A stretch of DNA of 64,000 bases. It comes from Yuukianura sp. NJ FZ-2021. Taxonomy: Eukaryota. The DNA lies in the NCBI GenBank assembly GCA_046563655.1, contig CM102290.1, positions 186,001-250,000 of the forward strand, in the 5' to 3' direction. Under the pieces are notes generated by a model. It did not search any database, was not told the DNA's origin, and saw only the letters and a program-made list of their open reading frames with translations. Positions 12,471 through 23,877 of the stretch are shown here, in pieces; within the stretch, counting starts at the first letter, position 1, and every line of letters starts with the position of its first letter. Made by a program: the position numbers and the translations under genes.

Positions 12471-15153
12471 ATGATGTCATCGAAGCTCAACTTAGATGGA
12501 AATGAGACACTTGAAGAGGTTAGTGTTTTTGTCGAGAGAAAGATTAGCGCTTAAGAGATGAAGCCTGACTAGTTGACTTTTTCGTTTATTTAGATCCGGG
12601 AAATGATCAAGGAATTGAAAATTGTGGAGAGACGACTATTGAACTGCCTTACGTCATTAGCTGTGGAAGGAGATGGACGCTGCACAGAAAACGATTGTGA
12701 TTCTGACCCAACAGAACTACTAACTGAAAATGACCTCGGTTTTCTAGAAGACTATTCATTTTCGGGTATTAGCGATGCAAGGTAAAGCTAAAGTTACATC
12801 TTTAAAGAACAAATTGCTCTAAGTTGCCTATTAATTTTGTCCATTTAACTTTGATTTCCATTTATAGTGCACTTGCTATCCCAGGGTCCACCATCGATTC
12901 ATACCCACGTGATTTCGGTAAAGTGGCTAAACTAGACTCAGAACTCCTCGCTGTCAAGAACAACCTAATGAACTTCGTCAGATCTGTGATAAACGGTTAG
13001 TATCTAACTACTTATACTTTGCTGTTCTCAACACTGTATTCATAGTGTATGTTTTATGTTCAAATTGCAGAGCAATCCCTCTGTGAGACTTTCAAGGAAG
13101 AAGATCAAACCCCGATCAAACCAGTACATTCTCCGGATGATGGTTTTGCTGAAAGAACCCATACTCAACCAACTATCAAGCGCAAGAATTCCTACACTAT
13201 CGAAAGACATGACAAACCCATTGCAGATACGTCCAGCTACGATGGTCTGTTCTGTCCTTCTCCAAATGCTATGCGTCTTCATACAACTCAGCCAATTACC
13301 AGTACTCCTGCACGCGAGAAACGAGAAAACTATTGCACCAACACTTACTCCAAGAAGTCTTCACCATTTTCCTCCACTCGTCCGCATGCTGAACTTCCGT
13401 TTGATACTACCACTCGACTAGACAACTTGCATGTAACACCCAAGCTACAACAACAACGAGTTCTTCCAAATATGAATATGGCTCCAGTCGATGGTGATCT
13501 GGATAATCGTGGAATTGGTCGACATGAAACACGTCTTGAAGCGCCACAGAAGTTACACAACCTTAGCATGGAGGAACTCCAGTGCCTTGCAAGACTCCAG
13601 CAAGAATGTGAGCCTCTTTTATTGTCTTTATCAATATACTGGATTAATTTTTTTATATATATATTTTTTATTAATATTCGTTTTTTTTATAGCACTCTTG
13701 TCAGCTGGAGTACCGGAGAAACATGTTATAAAAAACGAGGGTGAGTACTTTTTTTTAACTAAATGCAAATCATCGCTGAATTTTGAAGTGACTTGGTGAT
13801 TTGTTGAATCTAACCTTTAGATTGGCACCATCCGATGAACAAAAGCATAGAGGAGGATGATGGTTCTGGATCAACTGGAAACGACACTTACTCCGTCAGC
13901 GTTTCTAAGACACCGAGCGAAACGTCGTCTGGGATTTCTAGTCCTCCTGCTGGTTCTCTTGAAGACATTCAACTGGGTAAGAACAAAACAAAATTGCAAA
14001 GTAACCTAACGTTTAGTTTTTATGCATATCTTATACTAGAATTTAAAAAGTTTAGGGAATAGAAACCTCGAAATGAGGCCTCTTGTGTAGTTTTTCTCCA
14101 TAAGAGCACATTAGGGGAAGCGATGGACACGGGTTTCTGTTTCCTACACTTTTGCAAAATCCAGGGAGAATCTGGAAGAAAGAATCTAATCAAAAGAGAC
14201 AAAATCTAATCTGTTGCATCCTACGTTATGTTTTAGATCCATTGAGACGAAGCATGCCCAACCTTGCAACAAAAACCCACCTTTCTTTGGCTCCAACCTA
14301 CACGTCTAGCCTTCAACGAGAAGCATATTACAACAGTGACCTCAAGCTATTCCAAAGCCGAAACAAGTCCAAAGCCAATCACGCACCAAACCGCACAATG
14401 ACCATTCAAGGACCATTACTTGGCGATACTGAACCTCCGAAGACTTACAGACCTACTCCAGAATCTAACCACATGGAGCCCCTCAAGAGAGCATTGGTAA
14501 TGTTTTTTCAGTGTTATGAAATCATGAAATTAGAAATGAAAATTATGAAATTGATGATCTTTTTTAACATTGTAGGCCAGGGCTGATACGTACTTGCAGA
14601 GTGAAGCAGATGCAGACGATGGTGGGTCCATGAACCGTTATGCCACGTACCAAGTTTCCAAAGGTGCCACGAAGTTACCACAGTTGGGAAGAGGCAGTCG
14701 AATTCCCGGGCCTACGCACTCGTTTGGATTCGGAACTGGTACGGTTCAGACCAATGTTGGACCTGCTGGTGACGCCGGAGATCCACGACTCAAGTCTGCT
14801 AATAATGCAAATGTCAAACATTATTCTTCCGGAACTTTCCGAATGCCGAGTCGGCATCCTTCTGCTGGTAACTTTGAATTACAATCGAACTAGCAATTTC
14901 GGTGATTTCAGACTGATTTCACTACGCGTTCTAAAAACTACTTTTTTCTATGACTTTTGTTAGGTCATCAGTGAAAGTAATCAGTGCAGGTCATCAACAA
15001 TGCAGTACATCATCGTTACTTCAGCAGTACTTACCACTTCGAATCAAGCGAAATCCTGCTCAAGTTTACATTCGAAGCCATCAAGTTCCGTCCAGTGTCA
15101 CAACCTTTCCAAAAGTGTTGTGGGAAATGAATTTTGAAAGCTATGAGCAATAA
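12471..15153 (+). CDS. SLAIN motif-containing protein-like (microtubule plus-end adaptor)
   Basis: Exons 12471-12518, 12594-12781, 12868-12995, 13071-13607, 13693-13740, 13821-13976, 14237-14496 and 14576-14867 splice in frame. The last exon is uncertain (acceptor 14964 or 14990) and the start may lie further upstream. N-terminal coiled-coil-like helix, LQCLARLQQESLL and LRRSMPNL (SLAIN-family motifs as recalled), SxIP-type motifs SRIP and TKLP. Confidence 0.7.
14046..14153. mobile_element. Small MITE-like inverted repeat in an intron of the SLAIN-like gene
   Basis: aaaagtttagggaatagaaacc (14046-14067) vs ggtttctgtttcctacactttt (14132-14153), 19/22 complementary. The host intron (260 nt) is about 3x longer than its neighbours. 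Confidence 0.5.
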
Positions 15154-15210
15154 TTTATGGATTTTGGTAAAATACTTAATTGTGTAATCCAGAGTAAAGA
15201 CTGATGTTAA

Positions 15211-15427
15211 CAAGGTTTCTATAGCAACGGTTGCTTCATAAGGTTAAGCAATAAGTCTTGTTTTCCAAAAATCTCGCTCCACACTTTTTTTTCACCCAGA
15301 GTGAATCAGAGTGAATGTCTTGCCGTGATCTTTTTTCATTTTTGCAATTTTGGAAGGAAAAATATAAAAACCGAGGTATTGCTTAACCTTATGAAGCAAC
15401 AACTATTCCGTTGCTATAGAAACCTTG
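15211..15427. mobile_element. 217-bp MITE, hAT or P superfamily
   Basis: Perfect 20-bp TIR CAAGGTTTCTATAGCAACGG plus further subterminal complementarity. Exact 8-bp TSD GATGTTAA at 15203-15210 and 15428-15435. Confidence 0.9.
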
Positions 15428-16607
15428 GATGTTAAGGCCTATCCGCATCAGAAGTAATTAACTTCTGACTTCTAAAAATACTTGTGAAATGGAATGTGAG
15501 TGACCATCTCGAACCGTACCACTGTTTAGCACAACTACTTGCTCCAAAACGATACGATCTTGTTCAAAAAACTTACTTTATTTTAAACTTCTGAATGTTA
15601 ACTGAAATACGAGAGAGAGTACCACATTAGCTGAATTTTTTCAACTATTCGAAGAATCTCTATAAAAAAAATTCGCCGTAGTACGATCTAAGCTTAAAAA
15701 TACTGAAAAAAATCGGCGTGTACTTTTTCTTTGAATTCTGCTACGAACGTTTGAGATTTCCATATTTTTCTGAACTTTGACCCTGGACAATTTCCAGTGG
15801 ATTTACGGACAAACTAACCGGACAAGTTGCCAATCGGTACAAAATCAAGTGCCTTCCTTTCCATTCTCTTCTCATAACTTTAATTTTTAACAGAAAACTA
15901 ATTAACTAACAAAAACTTCAAATTAATTAACTGACTATACCGTTTGTAAAATTTAACTGGTTTTTCTGAATTGATTTTACGTAGCTTAATTGTAATGATT
16001 TTAGTCACCGGATATTAATTGCTGCTTGTTTTTTTTTTTCAATTAAAATTTGAAACTGAAATTTGTATATTAAAAAAAATACTAAAATGGAAATCTGGTG
16101 CTAAACCTAAGCCGATATTTAATTTTGTCACAACAAACCGGTAGGAAACTAAAAAGTGTAATAATTGCAAACTAGCTTTTCCATAATTTAATTGCTGCCT
16201 TTTTTAAAATATTTAATTGTGTATTTAATTAAATTTTAATTGGACTTTTTGTATTTAGAGGAAAGTAAACTACTACGTTAATGGCAAAACATGAAAAGCA
16301 AATTGTTCCTTTGAAATCTTGTAACAACATTTGTAATTAATTAAGTTTAATTTGACGTTATTAACCAACGATGTGTTGAAAAACTTTGTGTGTTGTTCGA
16401 CTAAAGGTGAAAGTAAATACAATCATTTCAAACACTTATTATGAAATTTTATAAAACTTATTACCCTATTTATCGGCATATAATTCGCAATCGCGTATAA
16501 AAATCTGTTGTAACCCGTAGTGTAAGAAAGTAACTCAAGATGTCCCTGCAATCGCGAATGGCTGCTCATACCGTTCCAGCATTGTGTAAGCCATAAATGG
16601 TCGGCCG

Positions 16608-16635
16608 GACAGACAGACAGACAGACAGACAGACA
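16608..16635. repeat. (GACA)7 microsatellite, possibly within a Helentron/DINE-like relic
   Basis: The tandem GACA is seen directly. The link to DINE/HINE elements is inference only. Confidence 0.8.
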
Positions 16636-19600
16636 ATGTCGATGCATAAAGTAGCTACTTAATAATTTATATGATTTTTCAAATATCGAAATTTTGTAGT
16701 TTTTAAATGAACATCTCCCTGTCGTTTTAGTTTTTCTGACTTCCCGGATTTGTGGATTTCTAATTCCAAATTTTGGAAATTCTAAAATACGATTTGTTTG
16801 TCTCTCTTTTTTCGTACAGATTGTTTTGGATTTCAGCGTTTTAGATAAATTTTCCATTTTCCATTAGGACAAAATACAATAGGAGGGATTTGGAGCCTAA
16901 TCCTCTGAAATCTCAGAATCTGACACTTTACTCCTCACTGACAGCCCAAATTAATGGAAATTCTCAAGATACGAATCTTATTTTCACAAACCGATTTTCT
17001 CGTTCCTAACAAAATCCGATTCTTTAGAAATTCTGTTCATGAGCCAAACTAAAAACACGCAAATGCTTTAAAAAAAAGACATTTGTTTTAAAGCAATTTG
17101 AACAAAAGTAATTGCAAATTCAAAAAAAGTTCAGCGTACTACATGGAACTGGTAATTTGTAATTGCCAACAAAAATTAACTTTCTTTTCTTGTCTTTTTC
17201 AAACTTTCAATTTTCAAATTGTCCAAAACACTCAACTTGGCGAGACTTTGAAAAAACGTTTTTTAAAAAACCGGGGATTTTGGCTGGTAGTTTTAATTAA
17301 ACTTTTTTTAACTCTAGGAAATTAAAATGGTGACAGACTATTAGTGTAAAAGAGAAAAAAAAAGAGAGAAAAGCGGCAAGATGGTTTTAATTTCATTTTG
17401 AAAAAGAGGCGCTCGGAGTTCAAGAGCTGCAACAGCAGCACACATAAAAAGTGGGAAAATTCAAAATGGATTTCGTTTTCCTTTGTAAAAATGCCGTCTT
17501 GAAAGTAAAAAAAAATTTTAAAAGTGAAGATGGTGGGTACATCTTTGAGTAAGTTATGAATCTTGGCATGTTGGCCTGACTTTTGCCAACTTGAAAACAC
17601 TTGTGAAGTGTCAACTCTCTACGTTCACACTATTCCTTTTCAAACCTCCCCTCCTCTTTTTTTTAGAAAAAAAAATATAACAGTCGCCACTTTTTAAAAA
17701 AGTGTTTTAGAAAAGCACTTCAGAAAAATGATTTCAGACGGTTGCTTTTTTCTTTTCTTGGTTCCCTCTCAGAGTCAAATGGAAACAAAGTTAATTATTT
17801 TTTTTATACTTTCATAATTTCTTAAATTTCAGGTTTAATTGTTCAAATTTTGGCAAAGTAGATCGTTCAGGTGGAAAAAAAGTCGAGAAATAAAAAAAAC
17901 TGAGCGGTCTCTTGGGACAGATCATTTGGGATCCGTTCCAATTCCAACAGTTCTTAAATCTTTTAAAGTAAAAGTTCCCAAAAACGTGTTTTATGACTCA
18001 ATGGAATTGGTTTCGACGGCTTTAAATTTTTTTTAAAACAAGTTTTTTTTAACGCTGCTGTTCTAAACAGAACAACTTTCAACTCTCTAAGACCCTTTTC
18101 CCATTTTCATGTTTCCTGTAATAAAGATCAGTGAGAGTGTTGTAGAAAGGAAGACGTAAACAAAACCATTGGGATTTAAAAAAAAAGTTACAAAAAAAGT
18201 TTTAAAAAATTCTCACAAAAAGTGGATATTTGACACTTTACAAAACCGCTGCCCCGGTTATGCTTAATTTCTGAACTTTTTGTTGGAATTTGGTTTTAAA
18301 TGAACTTTTTCTGGAAGTTTATGAAAAATTTAATTTTTTTTTCTAAAATTTTGAAAATGGGGTCAAAGGTCAGCATATCCATTTGAAACGGAAGTGTTAG
18401 CTGGGTATTGCATGGAATACCCGACAGTGTAGATATTCCTTTTGTCCTCTGTCGTATCGATCTTCAACACCACCATCCAACCACCACGATCCGCCGTCTA
18501 ATTGCCAATTAGACTTCGGTACAATGGAAATACGGAATTTGAGCAGCGGGATCCGTTTCAAAAAGTTTCACTGTTACCCGGGTAACAGAGATCATCCATC
18601 TCCAAACCACGCCCCCTTCCTCCTGAGGTCACCAAGTAACACTTTGTCAGGTCACTCAACCGAAAACTTAAAAAAAAACTAGAATTTCCAAAACAGGAAA
18701 TACAAAGTCTTTCACTTCAACTTGAAAACCACGTTGTTTAAGTATCTGAGCAAACTTTTAATATTTTTTAACTTTTTTTAATTTTTAAAATTTAGGCTTT
18801 TTAGAAAAAAAAAAGTTAAGGTTGGATTTTTTTTTGTGCGATATGAAATGGAACTTTCACTTTTTTTTTATGTTGGAAAGAATAACAATTCAAAATGTCA
18901 TCATCATCTTTCCCTCCCTCTTTTCCTTTGAATGAAGAAAATAAGTTTAAATTTAAATTCAAAATTTTGGCGCTCTTTTTGAGCCAAGAGAGAAAGCAGG
19001 TTATGTTAAGGCCAACCTAACGTAAAGTGAAAGTTGGCAAGCTGAGATTCCTGCTGAGCATCTGCTGTCGCCCAGGGAGACCTTTGCTGTAGCAAGAAAG
19101 TGATCTCGACAAAGTGGCCTCATTAAAACCAGCTTTTGAGCAGAGAAGACGTGAAATGGCGGGAACAGTTTTACTTTAATTCAAAACCATTTCCAGCTAA
19201 TTTCATCAACCAAAATTACCTCAACACCGGAAACACAAATGACACAGACAGGAGGGACGCGGCTTCGCTTCTCGCTCGGTCCAAATTTTCAAAATTCAAG
19301 ATTCTGGATCATACTGCCTTTAATTTCTCACGCTACACGTTTGAATTAATCCACAAAAAGTTATCCACGACGTGAAATTTTTTCACGCCGCGTAGCCTGT
19401 TTTTCCGACAATTTTTTTTAAACACCACGCTTTAGGTTTTTGTTAACTTTCTCTGAAAAAAAGTGAAAGTCAGCAACCCCAAAAGTTCAAACTAACCAAA
19501 AGTTGTCGAGTTGCACACAAGTTTCTTTTTTCACAAGTTAATCAACACTTTGTCAATTAAATTGATCAAATAAGTTTTCTTTCTCACCCCCCCCCCCTCC

Positions 19601-20477
19601 TCCAACAACCCCCCCCCACCTTTTTTCCTACCCTAAACTCCATGTTTTCAGGGTTAATCACGTTAGGTTTTCAATTAGGTTGTCACCATGAGTCACCAAG
19701 CCCTACAAATTTCCGAATTTCTGAAAAAAAGAATGTTCTGTTAGGTTTTGATGTTGACCTTTGTACTTTCTCTGTTCCAAAAGTTAGAGTTAAGGGGACC
19801 AAGGGTGACAATGAACTTAAGTTTCCAACTTCCCACTCTCTGATTTATGACTCTTTTTGTTGGAACCATTTCCCTCTCAAAAAAGAGGCAAACTCTTTCG
19901 AAGAGTGAGAATACGTTAGGTTGTTAGGGTAAAAGACTCCATATGGGTCCAGAGATGCAGCAGTCAGGTTAGGTCTGAAGGCGATCAAGTGTTAAGTCAC
20001 TTCCAGTGCCTAAGTGCCACCGGAACAGGAAATTCCTTCGTACTGTAATGTCAATCCACACTTGGAAAAGTAAACATAAAGTTCACAATAACAAAAGTCC
20101 TGCTGCGCATGATCCATTTCACATTTCTCGGGTTGCTATGACAACGGCACAGACGCTGGGCATGGCAACGGAGAAACAACTCGGTTCCTCAGAATATTTA
20201 AATTACATTTACAATGAAGACCAAGGTTCCTTGACATCGAAAAATGAATTTCCTTTAACAGGTGGAGTACTACCTCGCTGGTTGACAAAAAAATGAAAAA
20301 AAAAACAAAAAATTGTACCAATCAAAAAAAAAATAAATAAAAAAATCAAAGTCAACAAACCTTGGTGTCTACTAACGTAAATTGAGTTCCCATGGGAGCT
20401 AGGACTATCGGTTGTCATGGCAACCAGTACGAATTTTGAATAGCATGGAAATGAGAATCCGCCTACCGTTTGACTTC

Positions 20478-20494
20478 GGAGGTCATTGACCTCC
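20478..20494. promoter_or_regulatory. Perfect IR1 palindrome (EcR/USP ecdysone-response-element consensus)
   Basis: GGAGGTCA-T-TGACCTCC, containing AGGTCAnTGACCT at 20480-20492. Confidence 0.5.
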
Positions 20495-23181
20495 ATTCCA
20501 ATGACACAAACTCATCAACATCAATCACTTTCGTGGAAGGGACAGAAACTGAGGCACTTCAAACTCAAACTCATTTAATTTGAATTTTCAAATAAATTTT
20601 GAATAGGGGAGGGAGAAAGTACCCCCTTTTAGAGGGGGGGGGGGTTCTTTTAGAGGTTCGTGCTAGTACAGGTCCCCCTTTAGTAGGGGGTGTATTAGAC
20701 GTCAACTCCTGGTGGCCATGCACTTTTAGTGTTACTTTTGCATGGGAAGGAGAAAGTCATTTCTATGTAAAGGGGTTTTGAGTGCTGGTTAGAATTGGAT
20801 CCTCCTTGTTTATTGTCATTTGAAGGAATGCGGCAGGAGGCGCCTTTTTTTGAAAAACCATCTCTCTGCATACAGAGTGTCAATTTGAACGGGACCTTCC
20901 AAGCTCAAATTGTCTCCTTTCTTTTTCCATTTCAAAATCCCCCGCTTGCCCATTGCCAAGGGCCCCATTCTAAGGGCTCCCCCCATCTCCTTAAGTCCCC
21001 CCCTCTTCTGACAACTTATTAAACGACGTAATCCTTCCCCAGTGAATTCATATGGTCCGCCAATTTCCCAAATCTGGATTTCCCATCTTTCTTTATGAAC
21101 AGACAAACGCAACTTTCACCAACCAATTTTTATTGCATCTTTTCTACATTCACATTTTCACGTCCTTTGTTGGCTTTTTTAATACACGATTTGAACAAAG
21201 TGGAATCTTAACTACTAGATTGATAAAATGTTAGAAGTCTATTTTTAAAAAATTTAAAGTTTCACAAAAGAAAACTTTTTTTAAAAGCCGAGTTTAAGAA
21301 TCTTTGCCACCAAAAATTTCTTACAAGAAGGCAAATAAATTTGTTGTTAAATAAAAGGTATGTATGGATTCTGCTTCTATAAAATACTTTTGCCATGGAT
21401 TAAATTTTTGTCTACGACGTCATTTTTCACGATTCGCGCGTGAATTTCAAAAACGGAGAAACGTGACACTAAAAAGCCGTTATAGGAACAATTTCAGGGC
21501 CGTATCGCCTGAATCCGTTAGCAATTTGAGTTCCTATTTAAGAGCCTTTCGGAATTAAGACTTTTGCGTTAATTGCTGCAATTTGGGTGCCAAAATGAGT
21601 GCGGCGCTGTTGCTTCCAACCACCATGTTTTCGTTTACATTCGAACTACAGTCGATGCCCAAATATGAAAGGCTTAAAGTAATGAAAAGGTTCATTATTA
21701 CTTAAACTCCCCTCTCTCTCCCGCCATTAATTTTCACGACTTCATTTGGACCTCTATTTGACTATTAGTAGGTTCTGCCTTAACTATTATGGTTATGCAC
21801 CCACCGGTTCCTCAGTTAAGTCAGACACTACAACCCCCCCTTCTCTCGCCCATTTCAAAGGTCAACTTTACCCCTCTCCATCTCCTTTTTAATTAATTTT
21901 GATTAATTAAAGTCCATTTATCACTCTGGGAAGTGATAAATTGACTTTTGTTTTGACGCGTGCAAGGGATACACTATTTGTCAAAATTTTGGTTTTCCAA
22001 AAAATTGAACTTTTTTCAAATGATTTTTGTACCCAGCTTAAGGTTTTCAATTTACAAAATTTTCGGGAAATTTTGACAGTTTTTGGAAATTGTGAATTGT
22101 GGAAACTTTGCTGTTTTTTTTTTTGTGGGAAGACAGCTTAACTTATTTTATTCTTGTCCTTTCTTGGGCCTAAAATTTGAATTTTTTTGAAAAGTTTGAA
22201 AATGTCGTTTTTTTTTATGTTAGTTTTTTTTTTGAAAAGGTTAATGACGTGGAATAAGAAGGGAGAAGGAGGGAATGCGTCGGAGATTGATTTAAAAATA
22301 ATATTTTGACAAATACGTTGTTGATTGATTTCTTTCTTGTGCTTTTCCTCTTGAACTGTTTCCTGCCTAAAACACAATTGACCGTGTTCAAAAGGCGGGA
22401 AAATTTGAATTTTGAATTTTGAATGACAATGAAAGCCTGATTTTCAAGTTTCTTGCTGAAACTGTTGTAGTGTCTCTGTAGTTCCTAATTTGCTCACTAG
22501 GCGCTTTGAGAAAAGAATGTTCAAATTCACATTTGCCGCTCCATTGCCTCTGTGTAGAAAGCATTTGCATTTTAATTAAGAACAAACAGTTCCCTCCTCT
22601 CCACTCCATTTGCAACAGAAACTAATTAGAAACGCAACAAATTAACGCTTCAAACTAGTTATTAACGCACCAAATTAACGCAAGTCTTCCGCCGTCAAAA
22701 AGCACAACACTCATCTTCTCTTCTGCTCCACAGCACAGTTTCCAGGAGAGAAAAATTTCTCAAAATTTTCTTCAGAGTCGTTTAACTTTTTGAAATTTCG
22801 ATTTTGAATGCTTGTCTTTACTAACAAAAAGTCTCGAATATTTCCCACCCTTTGTACAACATAGTACGTAAACATCATTGAGTTTTTTATCAATGTTCGT
22901 TCTCAAAAAAAAAGCCTTTTGTTGTCGAAAAAGTTAAATTTAGAAAACCATTTTGTTTTTGGAAAACAGTTTTTCAAAATTTCTGTTTGAAAAGTTTTTT
23001 TTATCGTTTAGTTCGTTTTTGTTCCCGTTTCAGTAAATACCTATTTTGTAAATCTTCGAAGTGTCTCGTTTTGAGTTTGTCTTTGCCGTGTCTTGTTCAG
23101 GTGAAACTCAAATCAGCATCAAAAAATTAAAAATCAAAATTTTGATAATCCGTTTTTGATTATTTTTTAAGATTTCAAAAA

Positions 23182-23877
23182 ATGGAGTTGGAGGAAAAGA
23201 AGAAGCGCCATGATTCGAAAAAGCGACATCATCATAAACACAAACCAAAGAAGACCAAGGAGCCACTCAAGCTGTCTTTGTCTTCCTGGGGTCCATTTGA
23301 CTTTAGAGGCGACTTGTCTCCTGCCCCACCGGCCCCACCGGAGCCACCAAAACCTTTGAGTCTAAGCGACTACTCGAAGTTTCCTCCTCGATCCACCGTT
23401 GGTAGCTCCATGGAAGAAATCCAACGCATGCTCCGGAACTGCACTATTACTGAACTGAGGTATCTCGAGCAATGCTATCGCGACGGCTTATTTGACGAAA
23501 AGCGAGGAAAATCTGACGTGACCGATGAAAAGTCAGGCCGTAGTGAGGTCACGCGGGGTCAAACTAAACCTCAGATTCTGCCTCCACGTCCGTCCAAGAT
23601 GAGGGAGAAGAATGAGCTAATGTCCGCCTCATCTGAGCAGACCGTGACCTTGAAGAATGACCCCGAGAAGGAGTATGTTAAGAAGTATCTACGTAAAATC
23701 CAGTCAAAAATTGACCAGATCAATGCTGGTCCGCCCGAGGCGGGTCCAATGTCACTTCCGACTGTGTCACTTATTGAGTCCAACGAACCAACAGCCAAAC
23801 TGGGCACTACGACTGATGGCATGTCATCATCAGCAATGGAAGTCCAAGAAATAGAAGTAGATCTGATTACTTTCTAG
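23182..23877 (+). CDS. Orphan single-coding-exon gene, 231 aa, basic N-terminus and Pro-rich segment
   Basis: GC-richer 696-nt ORF in AT-rich context, AAAA-ATG start, plausible 5' UTR intron 23101-23171 (cag|GTGAAA...ttttAAG), AATAAA near 24026. No recognisable domain. Confidence 0.6.
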   Translation: MELEEKKKRHDSKKRHHHKHKPKKTKEPLKLSLSSWGPFDFRGDLSPAPPAPPEPPKPLSLSDYSKFPPRSTVGSSMEEIQRMLRNCTITELRYLEQCYRDGLFDEKRGKSDVTDEKSGRSEVTRGQTKPQILPPRPSKMREKNELMSASSEQTVTLKNDPEKEYVKKYLRKIQSKIDQINAGPPEAGPMSLPTVSLIESNEPTAKLGTTTDGMSSSAMEVQEIEVDLITF

